Shown here in pieces: positions 28,257-37,556 of a stretch of 64,000 nt of DNA (position 1 is its first letter; the number at the start of each line of letters is the position of its first letter). The DNA is taken from positions 30,528-94,527 of the forward strand of contig JBAZPG010000002.1 in NCBI GenBank assembly GCA_041648335.1, in the 5' to 3' direction. The stretch comes from Candidatus Micrarchaeia archaeon. Its GTDB lineage: Archaea; Micrarchaeota; Micrarchaeia; Norongarragalinales; Norongarragalinaceae. Under the pieces are notes generated by a model. That model was not told where the DNA came from and did not search any database. It saw only the letters and a program-made list of their open reading frames with translations. The translations under genes and the position numbers were made by a program.

Positions 28257-29339
28257 ATGAAACTCGACGACGTGCTGGTAAAGGGGAAGAAGAACGTAAT
28301 CCAAGTCGCGCCCGCGGTGCGCGTCACGCTCGGCGAACTCTACGGTTTGCCTGCGGGCACGCCGGCGACCGGGAAAGTCGTGGGCTGCCTCAAGGCGTTG
28401 GGTTTTGACTTCGTATTCGACACGAGCTTCGGCGCCGACGTCGTGGTGGCCGAGGAGAGCGCGGAGCTCGCCAAGCGCCTCAAGGACGGCGGTCCGTTCC
28501 CGATATTCAACTCGTGCTGTCCCGGTTCGGTGCTCTTCCTCGAACACGCCTACCCCGAGCTCGTGCCCAGCATAGTCACGGTGAAGAGCCCCATGGAAGT
28601 CACCGGCTCGCTAATCAAGTCGTATTTCGCGGAGAAGAAGAAAATCGCGCCCTCGAAAATAAATTCCGTGGCGTTGATGCCGTGCATGATAAAGAAAACC
28701 GAAGCCAGGAAGCCGGAGTTCGACTTCGAAGGCATCCGTCCCGTGGACTGCGTAATCACCACGGTCGAACTCGCCGCCCTGCTCGAAGAGGCGGGTGTGG
28801 ACTTCAAGAAGGTTAAGGAATGCGCGTTCGACGACTTGCTTGGTGTCGCGTCGGGTGCGGGACAGATTTTCGGTTCGAGCGGGGGCGTAAGCGAGGCATC
28901 GATACGCAACTACGCTTTCCTCAAGGGGTTGCCCCTCGAGAAGCTGGACTCGAAGCCGCTCCGCGGTTCGGAGGGCTTGCGCGAGGAAACGTTCGACTTG
29001 GGCGGCGAACGCGTGAGCGTCCTGGTAATCAACTGTTTGAAGAACGCGCCGGCTGCGCTCTCGGACAAGAAGCGCCTTGCGAAATACAATTTCGTGGAAA
29101 TGATGGCGTGCCTGGGCGGCTGCGTGGGCGGCGCCGGACAGCCGCCCTCGACGCTCGAGACGCTCGAGGCGCGCCGCAAGGGGCTTTACGGAATCGACGC
29201 CGGCGCGCGCGTTAAGGTCGCCGCCCAGAACCCCCAGATTAAGGCGCTTTACGATTCCTACCTCGGGGAACCGAGGAGCGAGAAGGCGATGCGTATCCTG
29301 CACACCCAGCACGACAAGGTGTGCCAGCACTGCGCTTGA
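28257..29339 (+). CDS. [FeFe]-hydrogenase catalytic H-cluster domain protein (HydA-like, no accessory FeS domain)
   Basis: L1 FNSCCPGS..YPELVPSIVTVKSPMEVTGSLIKSY, L2 VALMPCMIKKTEARKPE, L3 VEMMACLGGCVGGAGQP; N-terminus KGKKNVIQVAPAVRVTLGE..LGFDFVFDTSFGAD matches the start of the CpI H-domain. Confidence 0.8.
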   Translation: MKLDDVLVKGKKNVIQVAPAVRVTLGELYGLPAGTPATGKVVGCLKALGFDFVFDTSFGADVVVAEESAELAKRLKDGGPFPIFNSCCPGSVLFLEHAYPELVPSIVTVKSPMEVTGSLIKSYFAEKKKIAPSKINSVALMPCMIKKTEARKPEFDFEGIRPVDCVITTVELAALLEEAGVDFKKVKECAFDDLLGVASGAGQIFGSSGGVSEASIRNYAFLKGLPLEKLDSKPLRGSEGLREETFDLGGERVSVLVINCLKNAPAALSDKKRLAKYNFVEMMACLGGCVGGAGQPPSTLETLEARRKGLYGIDAGARVKVAAQNPQIKALYDSYLGEPRSEKAMRILHTQHDKVCQHCA

Positions 29340-29351
29340 AGGAGTTTTTGA

Positions 29352-30590
29352 ATGTCGAAACGGATTTTGAGCATATCGCGCGCCCCCGGGCAGTTGGCTT
29401 CCGCTAGGGCGGCGGGTTTCAACCGCGTCGAACTTTTTACCAAGGGCATTTCATCCGAGAACATGGAAGCGAAAATAGCTGAGGCGCAACGCCTGCTGAA
29501 AGAGCACTCGCTCTCTGTGGGTTCGGTGGTTATACCCAAATCATCCACGCTCGCGGATTTCAAAGAGAACGCGCGCCTCACGATTGCTTTTGCCTCGGGT
29601 GTTGGCGCGAAAATCGTGGTCGCCGACTACCCCGCTTTCCGCGGCGGCGAGTACCGCAAGAAAGAGCGCGAGGGCGCGGACATTGTTTCCCCCGCGGCGC
29701 TTGGCAACGTGCGCGGCTTGCTCAAGAGCGTGCCGCACCCGTTCGAAGTCGCCGAAGCGTTGTCCGAGTTGAAGAAGGACGCGGCGAGCAGTAAAGTCAA
29801 GATTTTGATTGAGTCGACGGGTGGTTCTGCTTTGCTTTACAAGCCGCTCGGCTTCAAGGCGTTCGAGCGCGTGGCGCGCGCCTCGCACGGACTCGTGCTT
29901 GATTTGGAGCACGTGGCGCAGGCAATGATAGCCCAGCCCGTGGAAGAGGTTTACAACCCCGCAACGCGTTTCCTATCCAACCGCGGCTCCGAGGAGGACG
30001 CGGTTCTGGTGCGCTCTTTCTATCAGGATTACGGCAATCACATGGATGCGCGTTCGAAGCGGGCGTTCCAGGACTTCCTGGAGGCGCACGGCAAACCGGG
30101 CGAAGAGGCGCGCTTCAGGAGTGCCTGCACGCGGTTGCTGGCGTTGACGAAACCCGGGTTACGCGGCTTCGGGAAAGAAGGCGCAACGCCAAAGGACTTG
30201 CAAGTCAAGCCGTCGAAATGGGTGTACGGGTTGTTCGTCAAGGCGTGGGGCTCGCTCCCGATAAAACACGTGCACCTGACCGGCGGGCACCTCGGGGAAC
30301 GCCTCGCGCCAAGCGAAACCGTGCGCACCTCGTTCGGTACCTCGGACTTGGCATTCGAGCACGCTTACGAAATCGAAACCCCGCGCGGCGAGCCGATAAT
30401 CTTGGGTTCGAAGCCCGGGCAATCGCTTTACGAATACCTGCACGCGAAAATGGGCGGCAGGCTTTACGCGAACAAGCCCTGGCACGAGTTCGCGCGCGAC
30501 TTGCTGGACGGCCGCAAGGCAACTGTGAATTTCGAGATAGAACCGAAACTCGTGCGCCCCGCGGACTTGAAGAACGCACGAAATTTGTGA
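29352..30590 (+). CDS. Hypothetical protein, possibly a xylose-isomerase-like TIM-barrel (sugar-phosphate isomerase/epimerase) fold
   Basis: N-terminal pattern AAGFNRVELF resembles this fold; otherwise unassigned; 12 nt downstream of the hydrogenase-like gene. Confidence 0.35.
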   Translation: MSKRILSISRAPGQLASARAAGFNRVELFTKGISSENMEAKIAEAQRLLKEHSLSVGSVVIPKSSTLADFKENARLTIAFASGVGAKIVVADYPAFRGGEYRKKEREGADIVSPAALGNVRGLLKSVPHPFEVAEALSELKKDAASSKVKILIESTGGSALLYKPLGFKAFERVARASHGLVLDLEHVAQAMIAQPVEEVYNPATRFLSNRGSEEDAVLVRSFYQDYGNHMDARSKRAFQDFLEAHGKPGEEARFRSACTRLLALTKPGLRGFGKEGATPKDLQVKPSKWVYGLFVKAWGSLPIKHVHLTGGHLGERLAPSETVRTSFGTSDLAFEHAYEIETPRGEPIILGSKPGQSLYEYLHAKMGGRLYANKPWHEFARDLLDGRKATVNFEIEPKLVRPADLKNARNL

Positions 30591-30663
30591 CGCGCACTTA
30601 TTTTATCGGGTTTTGAAGAATTAATGTAGTTTTAAAAACACGCAAACAAGTTGTTTCGGCGTT

Positions 30664-30903
30664 TTAAACGGGCATTGCAACCTGTAATGTGGTTACAAAT
30701 TTAGTTCCCTGTCGGTTCATAATTTCTTTCTTTTCGTTTGGGGTTAAACATTCTATGTGTAATTCTATTGCTTCCCGTAAATTAGCGGTTGCAGTAGGTA
30801 TGTCCTTACCTTGCGAGGCTACATCTAAATCTGGACACCAGGCGGTGTAGGTTGCACCATCTTTATAGGTTACTGCTGAAAAGCCCAAAACATTCGTTTT
30901 CAT
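30664..30903 (-). CDS. hicB: HicB-like antitoxin N-terminal domain (UPF0150 fold)
   Basis: TYTAWCPDLDVASQGKDIPTATANLREAIELHIECL matches HicB; the real start is the internal ATG at 30903, and the longer track ORF (to 31125) has an implausible N-terminus. Confidence 0.55.
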   Translation of the reverse strand: MKTNVLGFSAVTYKDGATYTAWCPDLDVASQGKDIPTATANLREAIELHIECLTPNEKKEIMNRQGTKFVTTLQVAMPV

Positions 30904-30976
30904 GTAATCTCTTTCGATGCGAGGGTATATAAATAGAGTTAAACAAAAACCATAACTGTAACTTAAGTGATGTTTT

Positions 30977-31636
30977 GTGAGTTTTGTTGAAACATTGACG
31001 GATGATGTTGATCCTCTTGACAGCCTATTTGTAAAGGGCGAATCTCTGAATCGTGAATTACTTAGGGACTTATTGTTTGATTTTATAAGATTAGACGAAA
31101 GCGGACGAATTTTTCCGCTTACCAATTTTTATTCAGAAACTAATCGTAATAAAGTTTTATTATTACTTCTTGCTAGTAAAGCTCTTTCATTGAAAACGAA
31201 CATTGTTGATGATGTTTCGCCAAAAGAGCTAGAAAAAACATCAGATATTCCTGCGGGGTCCATACGTCCAACTCTACGTCAACTTGCCGAAGAACGTTTA
31301 GTTGAGGAAAATGATGGACGGTATAAGATATTATCTGGTGCGTTACCCCGCTGTTCTCAAATTCTAAAATCTGGCAACCGAACCAGACGTGCTGTTTCTT
31401 TTTCTGGAATTTCAACTGAAAAAACTCAAAAGAGCATGGCGTCCGTTTTGAAAGATTTAGTTTCGGAGGGCGAATTAGATTCGGGTCAGGCTGCGTCTGA
31501 AGTTTTTTCTTTGGTTAATCAACGTCGACCTAACACGAAATATAATGCCCTTTACAAAGTGCTTAAGGATTTAGTTCATGATCGAATATTAGCCCGAGAA
31601 ATGAAGGGAGACGTTTGGAATTATAGGCGAATTTAA
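30977..31636 (+). CDS. Hypothetical protein with a central winged-helix-like segment
   Basis: 219-aa ORF in the low-GC island; SIRPTLRQLAEERLVEENDGRYKI looks wHTH-like; stop overlaps the hicA start (TAATG). Confidence 0.4.
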   Translation: MSFVETLTDDVDPLDSLFVKGESLNRELLRDLLFDFIRLDESGRIFPLTNFYSETNRNKVLLLLLASKALSLKTNIVDDVSPKELEKTSDIPAGSIRPTLRQLAEERLVEENDGRYKILSGALPRCSQILKSGNRTRRAVSFSGISTEKTQKSMASVLKDLVSEGELDSGQAASEVFSLVNQRRPNTKYNALYKVLKDLVHDRILAREMKGDVWNYRRI

Positions 31637-31854
31637 TGAAAACGCCGGTTGTAACTGGAAAAGAGGTTTTATCCGTTCTACAAAAAAACGGTTTTGCAGT
31701 AGTTAGGTGGAAAGGATCTCACGCGCATTTAACTAAGGGTAGCTTGCAGGTTACCGTGCCGGTACACAGTAATGATGAGATTAATCCGGGTGTTTTACGG
31801 TCTATTGCACGACAAGCAGGATTTGAACCAAATTCTTTCTTCAATTTGTTTTAG
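31636..31854 (+). CDS. hicA: HicA-family mRNA interferase toxin
   Basis: VLQKNGFAVVRWKGSHAHLTKGSLQVTVPVHSNDEINPGVLRSIARQAGF is a near-consensus HicA. Confidence 0.75.
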   Translation: MKTPVVTGKEVLSVLQKNGFAVVRWKGSHAHLTKGSLQVTVPVHSNDEINPGVLRSIARQAGFEPNSFFNLF

Positions 31855-31876
31855 TAATAATATGCGGATCCGCGCG

Positions 31877-32272
31877 TTAATTTCGCTTCTCGAACTCGTC
31901 GACCGCACCGTGGAAGTATTTGCTCAACTTTTTCCTGCACGTTTCGAGGGGAACCCACTCGCATTGCGAGTGTTCGCCGCCGCACGCCAGCACCCCGCCT
32001 TCCAGCGAGCAGGCGAAGACAATCATGGTTATGGACTGCCCGTCGTCGCGCGTGAAGTGGTGGACCTGCAGGGGCGCGCCCACGCGGGTTTCGAGTCCGG
32101 TTTCCTCGCGCACCTCGCGCTTCAAGCCGTCGAACGGGTTCTCTCCTTCTTCGAGTCGTCCGCCAGGTATCTCCCACAAGCCAGGGCAGTGCTCGTCGTC
32201 CTGGTTCCGCTTAATCAGTAGCACCCGGTTCGAGTCGACTATGAACGCCTTGACGGCGATTGCGTGCTTCAT
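31877..32272 (-). CDS. NUDIX hydrolase
   Basis: Nudix box GGRLEEGENPFDGLKREVREETGL. Confidence 0.8.
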   Translation of the reverse strand: MKHAIAVKAFIVDSNRVLLIKRNQDDEHCPGLWEIPGGRLEEGENPFDGLKREVREETGLETRVGAPLQVHHFTRDDGQSITMIVFACSLEGGVLACGGEHSQCEWVPLETCRKKLSKYFHGAVDEFEKRN

Positions 32273-32499
32273 TTTTTTAGTGCAGGGGAAGGGATTTTCA
32301 TCAAGCCTTTCTTTTCATCGAAGTTTTCTTTCGCGAAAGAAAAGTTCGTTTTTGAACCCTTGAACCCCTAAGGGATTGGCTCCTAAAGCCAACGCGTTTG
32401 ACCAGGCTCCGCCACCCCTGCACAATAATATTTTCGGGCGGCGGGTTAAAAACCGCTTGCGCAAGCAATTAAAAATCCGCGGCGCTTGTTTTCGTTCAG

Positions 32500-33435
32500 G
32501 TGATTCTCGGCATGGGCAAGGGTTCGGGTTACGGGAAAGTAATTTTGTTCGGCGAGCACTTCGTGGTCTACGGCTTGCCCGGCATCGCCTCCGCGGTCGG
32601 CTTGTCCACTGACGCGATTGTCAAGAAGGCGGGAGCGTTGACGGTGTGCGACGAACGCGCGGGAACCGAGGGTTATTCTGCCGCGAAGAAGGAACACCAG
32701 CGCGAGTCCTTCGAACGCATGTTCGACATGATGAACCTAGAGGAAAAAGGGTTCGACATTTGGCTCGGGGGCGCGCTCCCGGTGATGAGCGGGATAGGCG
32801 CGAGCGCCGCCTCGAGCGTTGCAATAGCGCGCGCGGTATCCGACGAGCTGGGTTTGGGTTACGACGACGCGAGAATCAATTCAACTGCCTACGAGATGGA
32901 GAAGGCGTTCGCCGGAAATCCGTCGGGGATAGACAACACCGTGGCGACTTACGGCGGGCTCATCTGGTTCAAGAAGAACATGGCGGGCGGCGCGAACGAC
33001 CTGGAGCCCATCAAAATTCCGCGTCCCGTGGAGATAGTCATGGGCAACTCGGGCGTCGTGGCTGACACCAAGGCAATGGTCGCGGGTGTCGCGGAGCGGA
33101 GGGCGCACGAACCCGAAAAATACGACGCGCTGTTCAAAGCGTACGCCGCGTTGGTTGTGAAGGCGCGCGCCGCGCTTGAAGCCGGGGACTTGTGTGCGGT
33201 CGGCGCGTTCATGGACGAGAACCACGCGTTGCTCCAGAAAGTCGGGACGTCCGGGGTAAAGCTCGACGAACTCGTTGCGCTCGCGAGGGCGAACGGTGCG
33301 TTCGGGGCGAAAGTCACGGGCGGCGGAGGCGGGGGTTGCATGGTCGCGCTCACGCCGGGCAAAGATTTACAGGAGCGCGTGGCGGATGCAATGGAGGCGA
33401 AAGGCTTCCGAGTGCTCCGCACGACTATCGGCTAG
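32500..33435 (+). CDS. mvk: Mevalonate kinase (GHMP kinase family)
   Basis: N-terminal GKVILFGEHFVVYG, GHMP ATP-binding loop PVMSGIGASAASSVA. Confidence 0.85.
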   Translation: MILGMGKGSGYGKVILFGEHFVVYGLPGIASAVGLSTDAIVKKAGALTVCDERAGTEGYSAAKKEHQRESFERMFDMMNLEEKGFDIWLGGALPVMSGIGASAASSVAIARAVSDELGLGYDDARINSTAYEMEKAFAGNPSGIDNTVATYGGLIWFKKNMAGGANDLEPIKIPRPVEIVMGNSGVVADTKAMVAGVAERRAHEPEKYDALFKAYAALVVKARAALEAGDLCAVGAFMDENHALLQKVGTSGVKLDELVALARANGAFGAKVTGGGGGGCMVALTPGKDLQERVADAMEAKGFRVLRTTIG

Positions 33436-33441
33436 CGCGCG

Positions 33442-34167
33442 TTACGAGTACATCGGGTTGGATTCGAGCTTCTTGTAGTCCGCGTGCAGGGCCTGCATCT
33501 TGTTCATTGCGCCCTTCATCTGGTATTCTATCTTCTTGCCTTCGCTGCGGAGTTCGCGCGTGTCCGCCGGGATGCCGGTAACCTGCGAGAGTTTCTCGAG
33601 GAGCGTCGCGGCAGCCGCGGGGTCCATCGCCTTGTTCGTCTCCGACAGGAGGTTCGCGGCGGGGAAGCCCTCGCTCGCGCACTCGGCGATGAGCAAGCCG
33701 CTCACGCCCTGGGTCGCGCCCTCCTTGATGAGTTCCACGCCGTTCTTCTTGAGCAGCTCGGCGATTGCGGGCGTGCTCGCTATCCCGCGTATCTTGCCGC
33801 CGGGAGTGGGCGAAGCGATGCCCGCCAACGAGTAGACAGCGCGCGCCTTCTTCTTTTTCGCGTAACCGTGGATCGCCTCGGCGAGGTGGTAGACCGCGTC
33901 CGCGGGGATGACGAACTCCGAGAAGAGGATTATCACGTCGTGCTTCTCGGACGCGTACACGCGCGCCGGGGAAACGGGCTTGTAATCGTGAATCGCCGAA
34001 ATGGGCGGGAAGCGAGGCGAGGCGATGTAACCCACGAGCTTGGCATCCAGCTTCTGGGCGAGGTAAGACGCGGAAATCGTGCCTATCATCCCGATTCCGG
34101 GGAAGCCCTCGATTATCACGGGCCTCTTGGTCTTTGCCTTGGCGGTCTCGATTATTTCGACTTTCAT
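33442..34167 (-). CDS. PAC2-family protein (proteasome assembly chaperone-like)
   Basis: KRPVIIEGFPGIGMIGTISASYL N-terminal motif typical of archaeal PAC2/COG1938 proteins. Confidence 0.65.
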   Translation of the reverse strand: MKVEIIETAKAKTKRPVIIEGFPGIGMIGTISASYLAQKLDAKLVGYIASPRFPPISAIHDYKPVSPARVYASEKHDVIILFSEFVIPADAVYHLAEAIHGYAKKKKARAVYSLAGIASPTPGGKIRGIASTPAIAELLKKNGVELIKEGATQGVSGLLIAECASEGFPAANLLSETNKAMDPAAAATLLEKLSQVTGIPADTRELRSEGKKIEYQMKGAMNKMQALHADYKKLESNPMYS

Positions 34168-34193
34168 GAATCCGGTTAACGCGCGCGGGTTTT

Positions 34194-35030
34194 TTAGAGT
34201 ATGCCCGCGGTCGAGAGGAACTCGAAAACGAGGAGGGCGAGCGGCACCGCGAGCGCAGCATAAACCACGGTCTTCTTCGGGTTTCCATCCACCGACGCCG
34301 CGTAATACGACGAAAGCAGGGCGAACAACGCCAGGTAAACCCGGCTGCCCAGCGCCACGGCGTCAACGAGGCGCGCCCGCTCCACCGCGGATAGAGAGGA
34401 GAACGAGCTCAAACCGTCCGTCAGCCCGGAGTTCAATTCGGCCGTGATGTTCAACAACAACGCGAGTATCACGGGCACGAGGAACGCCGAGGCGGCGAGC
34501 ACGGTGTACTTCTGCATCGCGAGCCCGGCCGCGGTCTCGCGCTCGAGCAACTGCATTTCCAGCAGGTCCTCCGCGGTTTCCTTGAACGCGTCGCGCTGGT
34601 CCCCGCCCGTCTCGCTCGCGTTCGCGAGCATCCCCGCCGCGCGCGAGAACAACACCGAACCGTTTTCAACCGCGGTTTTCTCGAGCGCCCGCGCGATTGG
34701 CGAACCGGCGCGCACCCGCCTTGCGGCGCGGTCGAACTCCTCGCTCAACGCGCCGTAACCGCTCCCGGCTATGGACTCCATCACGTCTTCCACGCCGTGG
34801 CTGCGCGGCTGCGAGGCGGCCTGGAGCAGGGCGTCGGGGAGTGCGTCCTCGATTTCGCGGATGCGCGCCGAAGCGCGGTAGTCCCAGTAGGCATAGGCGA
34901 GCGCGGACGGAACGAAGAGAGTGGCAAGGAACGCGAGCGCGCCAGCCGCGAGCGGCAAGTCGAGGAAGGCGAGCTCGAGCAAGGCGAGCGCGGTGGAGGC
35001 GGCGGCAACGCGCGCGAGTTTTTCACGCAT
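34194..35030 (-). CDS. Type IV pilus/Tad-system inner-membrane platform protein (T2SSF-domain, TadC/FlaJ-like)
   Basis: TM helices flanking a cytoplasmic T2SSF-like helical domain (LPDALLQAAS...GSGYGALSEEFDRAARRVRAGSPIARALE). Confidence 0.6.
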   Translation of the reverse strand: MREKLARVAAASTALALLELAFLDLPLAAGALAFLATLFVPSALAYAYWDYRASARIREIEDALPDALLQAASQPRSHGVEDVMESIAGSGYGALSEEFDRAARRVRAGSPIARALEKTAVENGSVLFSRAAGMLANASETGGDQRDAFKETAEDLLEMQLLERETAAGLAMQKYTVLAASAFLVPVILALLLNITAELNSGLTDGLSSFSSLSAVERARLVDAVALGSRVYLALFALLSSYYAASVDGNPKKTVVYAALAVPLALLVFEFLSTAGIL

Positions 35031-35829
35031 TCCCTTTCACCTTCGGGCTCGACTTCTTCAGGTAATAGAGTATCGCGGCATCCGCGAGCGGGAACACGGC
35101 GAAGTAAGCAAGGAGTATCTGTTCGGGGGTGAACGCCGCCTCGAGGAACGCGGAGCCGATTACCGCGTACGCCCCGAAGAACGCCGGGACTATGCCGCCC
35201 ACGGTGACGAACACCAGCCCGAGCACGCTTTGCTTGGCCGCGTGCTTCCTCATTTTTTCGCGTTGAAGGGAAGTCAACTGGTCCGCAAGGCGGCGGAGCC
35301 CCTCGGTTTTCCCGCGCTCGAAGGCGAACGACAGGTGCGCCGCAGCGCGCCGCACGTGCACCGAGTCGATTCGTTCGCCCATCGAGGCCAGGGCGCGCGG
35401 AAACGAATGCCCGCGCTTGACGTCCGCGAGCACGCGCGAGAATTCGCGTCCCGCCTCACCGTAACCCGCCGCGCTCTCGAGGGCGCGCTCGAAAGGCGCG
35501 TTCAACGAGAGCTCGGTCGCGAGGGTGCGCAACGCAAAAGGCAAGTCGGCTTCCACGAGTTCGGCGCGCTTGCGTGCCTTTCGGGCGGGATAGGTTGATA
35601 GGCGGGCGAATGCAAGCGCGAACGAAGCTGCTGCCGCTGCAGCTGACAAAGCGATGCCCGCGTTCAGCGCCAACGCCGTTGCGAGCGCCGCGAGCGCGCA
35701 GGCAACCGAGGCAACGAGTGAGAAGCCGAGCCATTCGCCCGCACCAGTTTTCATCCCCGCCTTGCGTAGCGCCTCCGCGGTAGTGCGGTTGGCGCGCCCG
35801 TCGAAGAGTTTGCCCGCGTCGAATTCCAT
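35023..35829 (-). CDS. Type IV pilus/Tad-system inner-membrane platform protein (T2SSF-domain, TadB/FlaJ-like)
   Basis: LPFALRTLATELSLNAPFERALESAAGYGEAGREFSRVLADVKRGHSFPRALASMGE T2SSF pattern; overlaps the next gene by 8 nt. Confidence 0.6.
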   Translation of the reverse strand: MEFDAGKLFDGRANRTTAEALRKAGMKTGAGEWLGFSLVASVACALAALATALALNAGIALSAAAAAASFALAFARLSTYPARKARKRAELVEADLPFALRTLATELSLNAPFERALESAAGYGEAGREFSRVLADVKRGHSFPRALASMGERIDSVHVRRAAAHLSFAFERGKTEGLRRLADQLTSLQREKMRKHAAKQSVLGLVFVTVGGIVPAFFGAYAVIGSAFLEAAFTPEQILLAYFAVFPLADAAILYYLKKSSPKVKGNA

Positions 35830-35859
35830 CCTGCGTGCGGTTTGGTCTAGCGTTCGATT

Positions 35860-37290
35860 TCACCCGTACAAGTAGTCGTTCACCGCTTGCGTGAACCCGG
35901 CGTTATCCTTCCAATTGTTTTTCGAGAGGAGGACGGCGCGTTTGGCGTGCTCGGCTTGAAAGCCGCGGCGGTCGAAACCATAATTCTTCGAGAGTTCAGC
36001 GAACACCGCGTTGCTGGAGTAGTTCGCGGTGCGTTCGAGCGAATCCGTTTCCGGAACGTAAGCATACAGGGGCCGCGCCTTCCCGCATTTGACTTCAGAT
36101 ATTTCGGTGACGCGGCGTTTCTCGCTTTGGGTGCGCGTCGCCTTGTCATAGGATAGGAAGCGGCGTTGGACGAGCACGAGGTCGATTGCGTTCACTTCGT
36201 CCTCGCGTCCGCCGAGGGTCTTGAGGCGGGCGAGTGCCTCGTCCCCGGTGGAAGCGTGCATTGTCGCGTAAGAGCCGCGCGCCTGCCCCGAGAGCAGGGA
36301 GTCGAACAACGCGGCGGCCTCGGGCGCGTCGCGTATTTCCCCGATGATTACGCGGTCGGGGCGCATGCGCAGCGAATCCTTCACCAAATCCTTGAGCCCG
36401 ATGCCCAACTCCTCGTTCGCCACCAGGCACACCTTGTGCTTGTGCGGCACGTTTATCTCGGGGGTCTCCTCGGTGATTACCACGCGGTCGTTGAGCGGGA
36501 CGAACGAGAAGAGCGCGTTTAACGTCGTGGTTTTCCCGGAGCCGGTGGAGCCGGCGACCACGAGGCTCGTCTCGCCGTAGAGTGCGAGCCAGAGGAAGGC
36601 AGCGGCATCCGCGGAAAGCGTGCGGTTCTCCACGAGTTCGGGAACCGTGAACGGCTTCTCCCGAAACTTGCGGATGGTTAGTTCCACGCCGTTCAAGGCG
36701 AGCGGCTTTATGGTGGCGTGGAGGCGCGAACCGTTCGGGAGCACCGCATTCAAGCGCGGGCTCTGGAGGGTGAGCCGCCTGCCCAGCGAGCGCGCCATCC
36801 TGTTCGCGGCGTTCACGCAATAATCCCTGCTTGTAATCGTGCAATTCGTCTCGAGCCAGCCGCGCGAGCGGTGGAACACGCGCACGGGTTCGTTCACGCC
36901 CGTCACCGCGATTTCCTCGAGTTCGTCGTCCGCCAGCATTTCCCCGAACGGGCCGTAACCCGCGCTTTCCGTTGCGGCGCGGAGCACGCGTTCCGCGGAT
37001 TCTTTCCCGAGCAGTAGGCTGTGGCGGGCGCACATCTTCTTGAGGAGGGCGCGCAACGCGCCTTCGTCCGGCTCTTGCTCTTCCTCGAAAGCGTCCAGCA
37101 GCGCAACGAGCAGGCGCTCTTCCTCGGGGTTCAAGTCGAGTTCGGGGAGCGCGTACTCTGCCTTGCCCGCGATTTTCCAACCCAGCGAGTCGGCTTTCAC
37201 CATGAGAGTTCGTCGCCCGCTTTCACGCCGTTGGACGAGGGCGCTTCGATTAAGTAACGCGCGTTCGGGCAGGAAACCCAAATGCGCCAC
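35860..37290 (-). CDS. Secretion/pilus assembly ATPase of the VirB11/CpaF/TadA (FlaI-like) family
   Basis: Walker A AGSTGSGKTTTLNAL, Asp box, Walker B VIIGEIRD, His box GSYATMHAS. Confidence 0.8.
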   Translation of the reverse strand: MAHLGFLPERALLNRSALVQRRESGRRTLMVKADSLGWKIAGKAEYALPELDLNPEEERLLVALLDAFEEEQEPDEGALRALLKKMCARHSLLLGKESAERVLRAATESAGYGPFGEMLADDELEEIAVTGVNEPVRVFHRSRGWLETNCTITSRDYCVNAANRMARSLGRRLTLQSPRLNAVLPNGSRLHATIKPLALNGVELTIRKFREKPFTVPELVENRTLSADAAAFLWLALYGETSLVVAGSTGSGKTTTLNALFSFVPLNDRVVITEETPEINVPHKHKVCLVANEELGIGLKDLVKDSLRMRPDRVIIGEIRDAPEAAALFDSLLSGQARGSYATMHASTGDEALARLKTLGGREDEVNAIDLVLVQRRFLSYDKATRTQSEKRRVTEISEVKCGKARPLYAYVPETDSLERTANYSSNAVFAELSKNYGFDRRGFQAEHAKRAVLLSKNNWKDNAGFTQAVNDYLYG

Positions 37291-37556
37291 GGCGCGACGC
37301 GGTCCACGCGGAGCACGCGCTTTCGGTTGTCAAGCCATACGGCGGTGAATGGGGGACAGAAGAAAGAGTGGATTGCGTTCGGGCGTGCCCCGAAGTCGAA
37401 CAGGAGCGGCTTGAATTGCGGGGAAGAAAGCATTATACCCTTGAATTTTAGCCAATGCGAACCAGCGGTTCGGCAGTCGAACGCGGGACGCTTGCGCTTG
37501 TAGACCTTCACGGAACGCATTACTGCGGGAGGTATTAAAAGCCGTTCGCGGCGTAA

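Larger units (their letters stand above)
30600..31870. other. Low-GC (about 40%) island carrying a split HicB / wHTH / HicA gene set
   Basis: Abrupt composition change vs about 62% GC flanks; contains only TA-type and small regulatory genes. Confidence 0.45.

Noticed and set aside
33425-34366. 313-aa minus ORF overlapping the PAC2 gene
   Set aside because: Arg-rich alternate frame; PAC2 frame has the conserved FPGIG motif.
36146-37180. 344-aa Arg-rich ORF in the pilus ATPase gene
   Set aside because: Alternate-frame artefact; Walker motifs are in the 35860-37290 frame.
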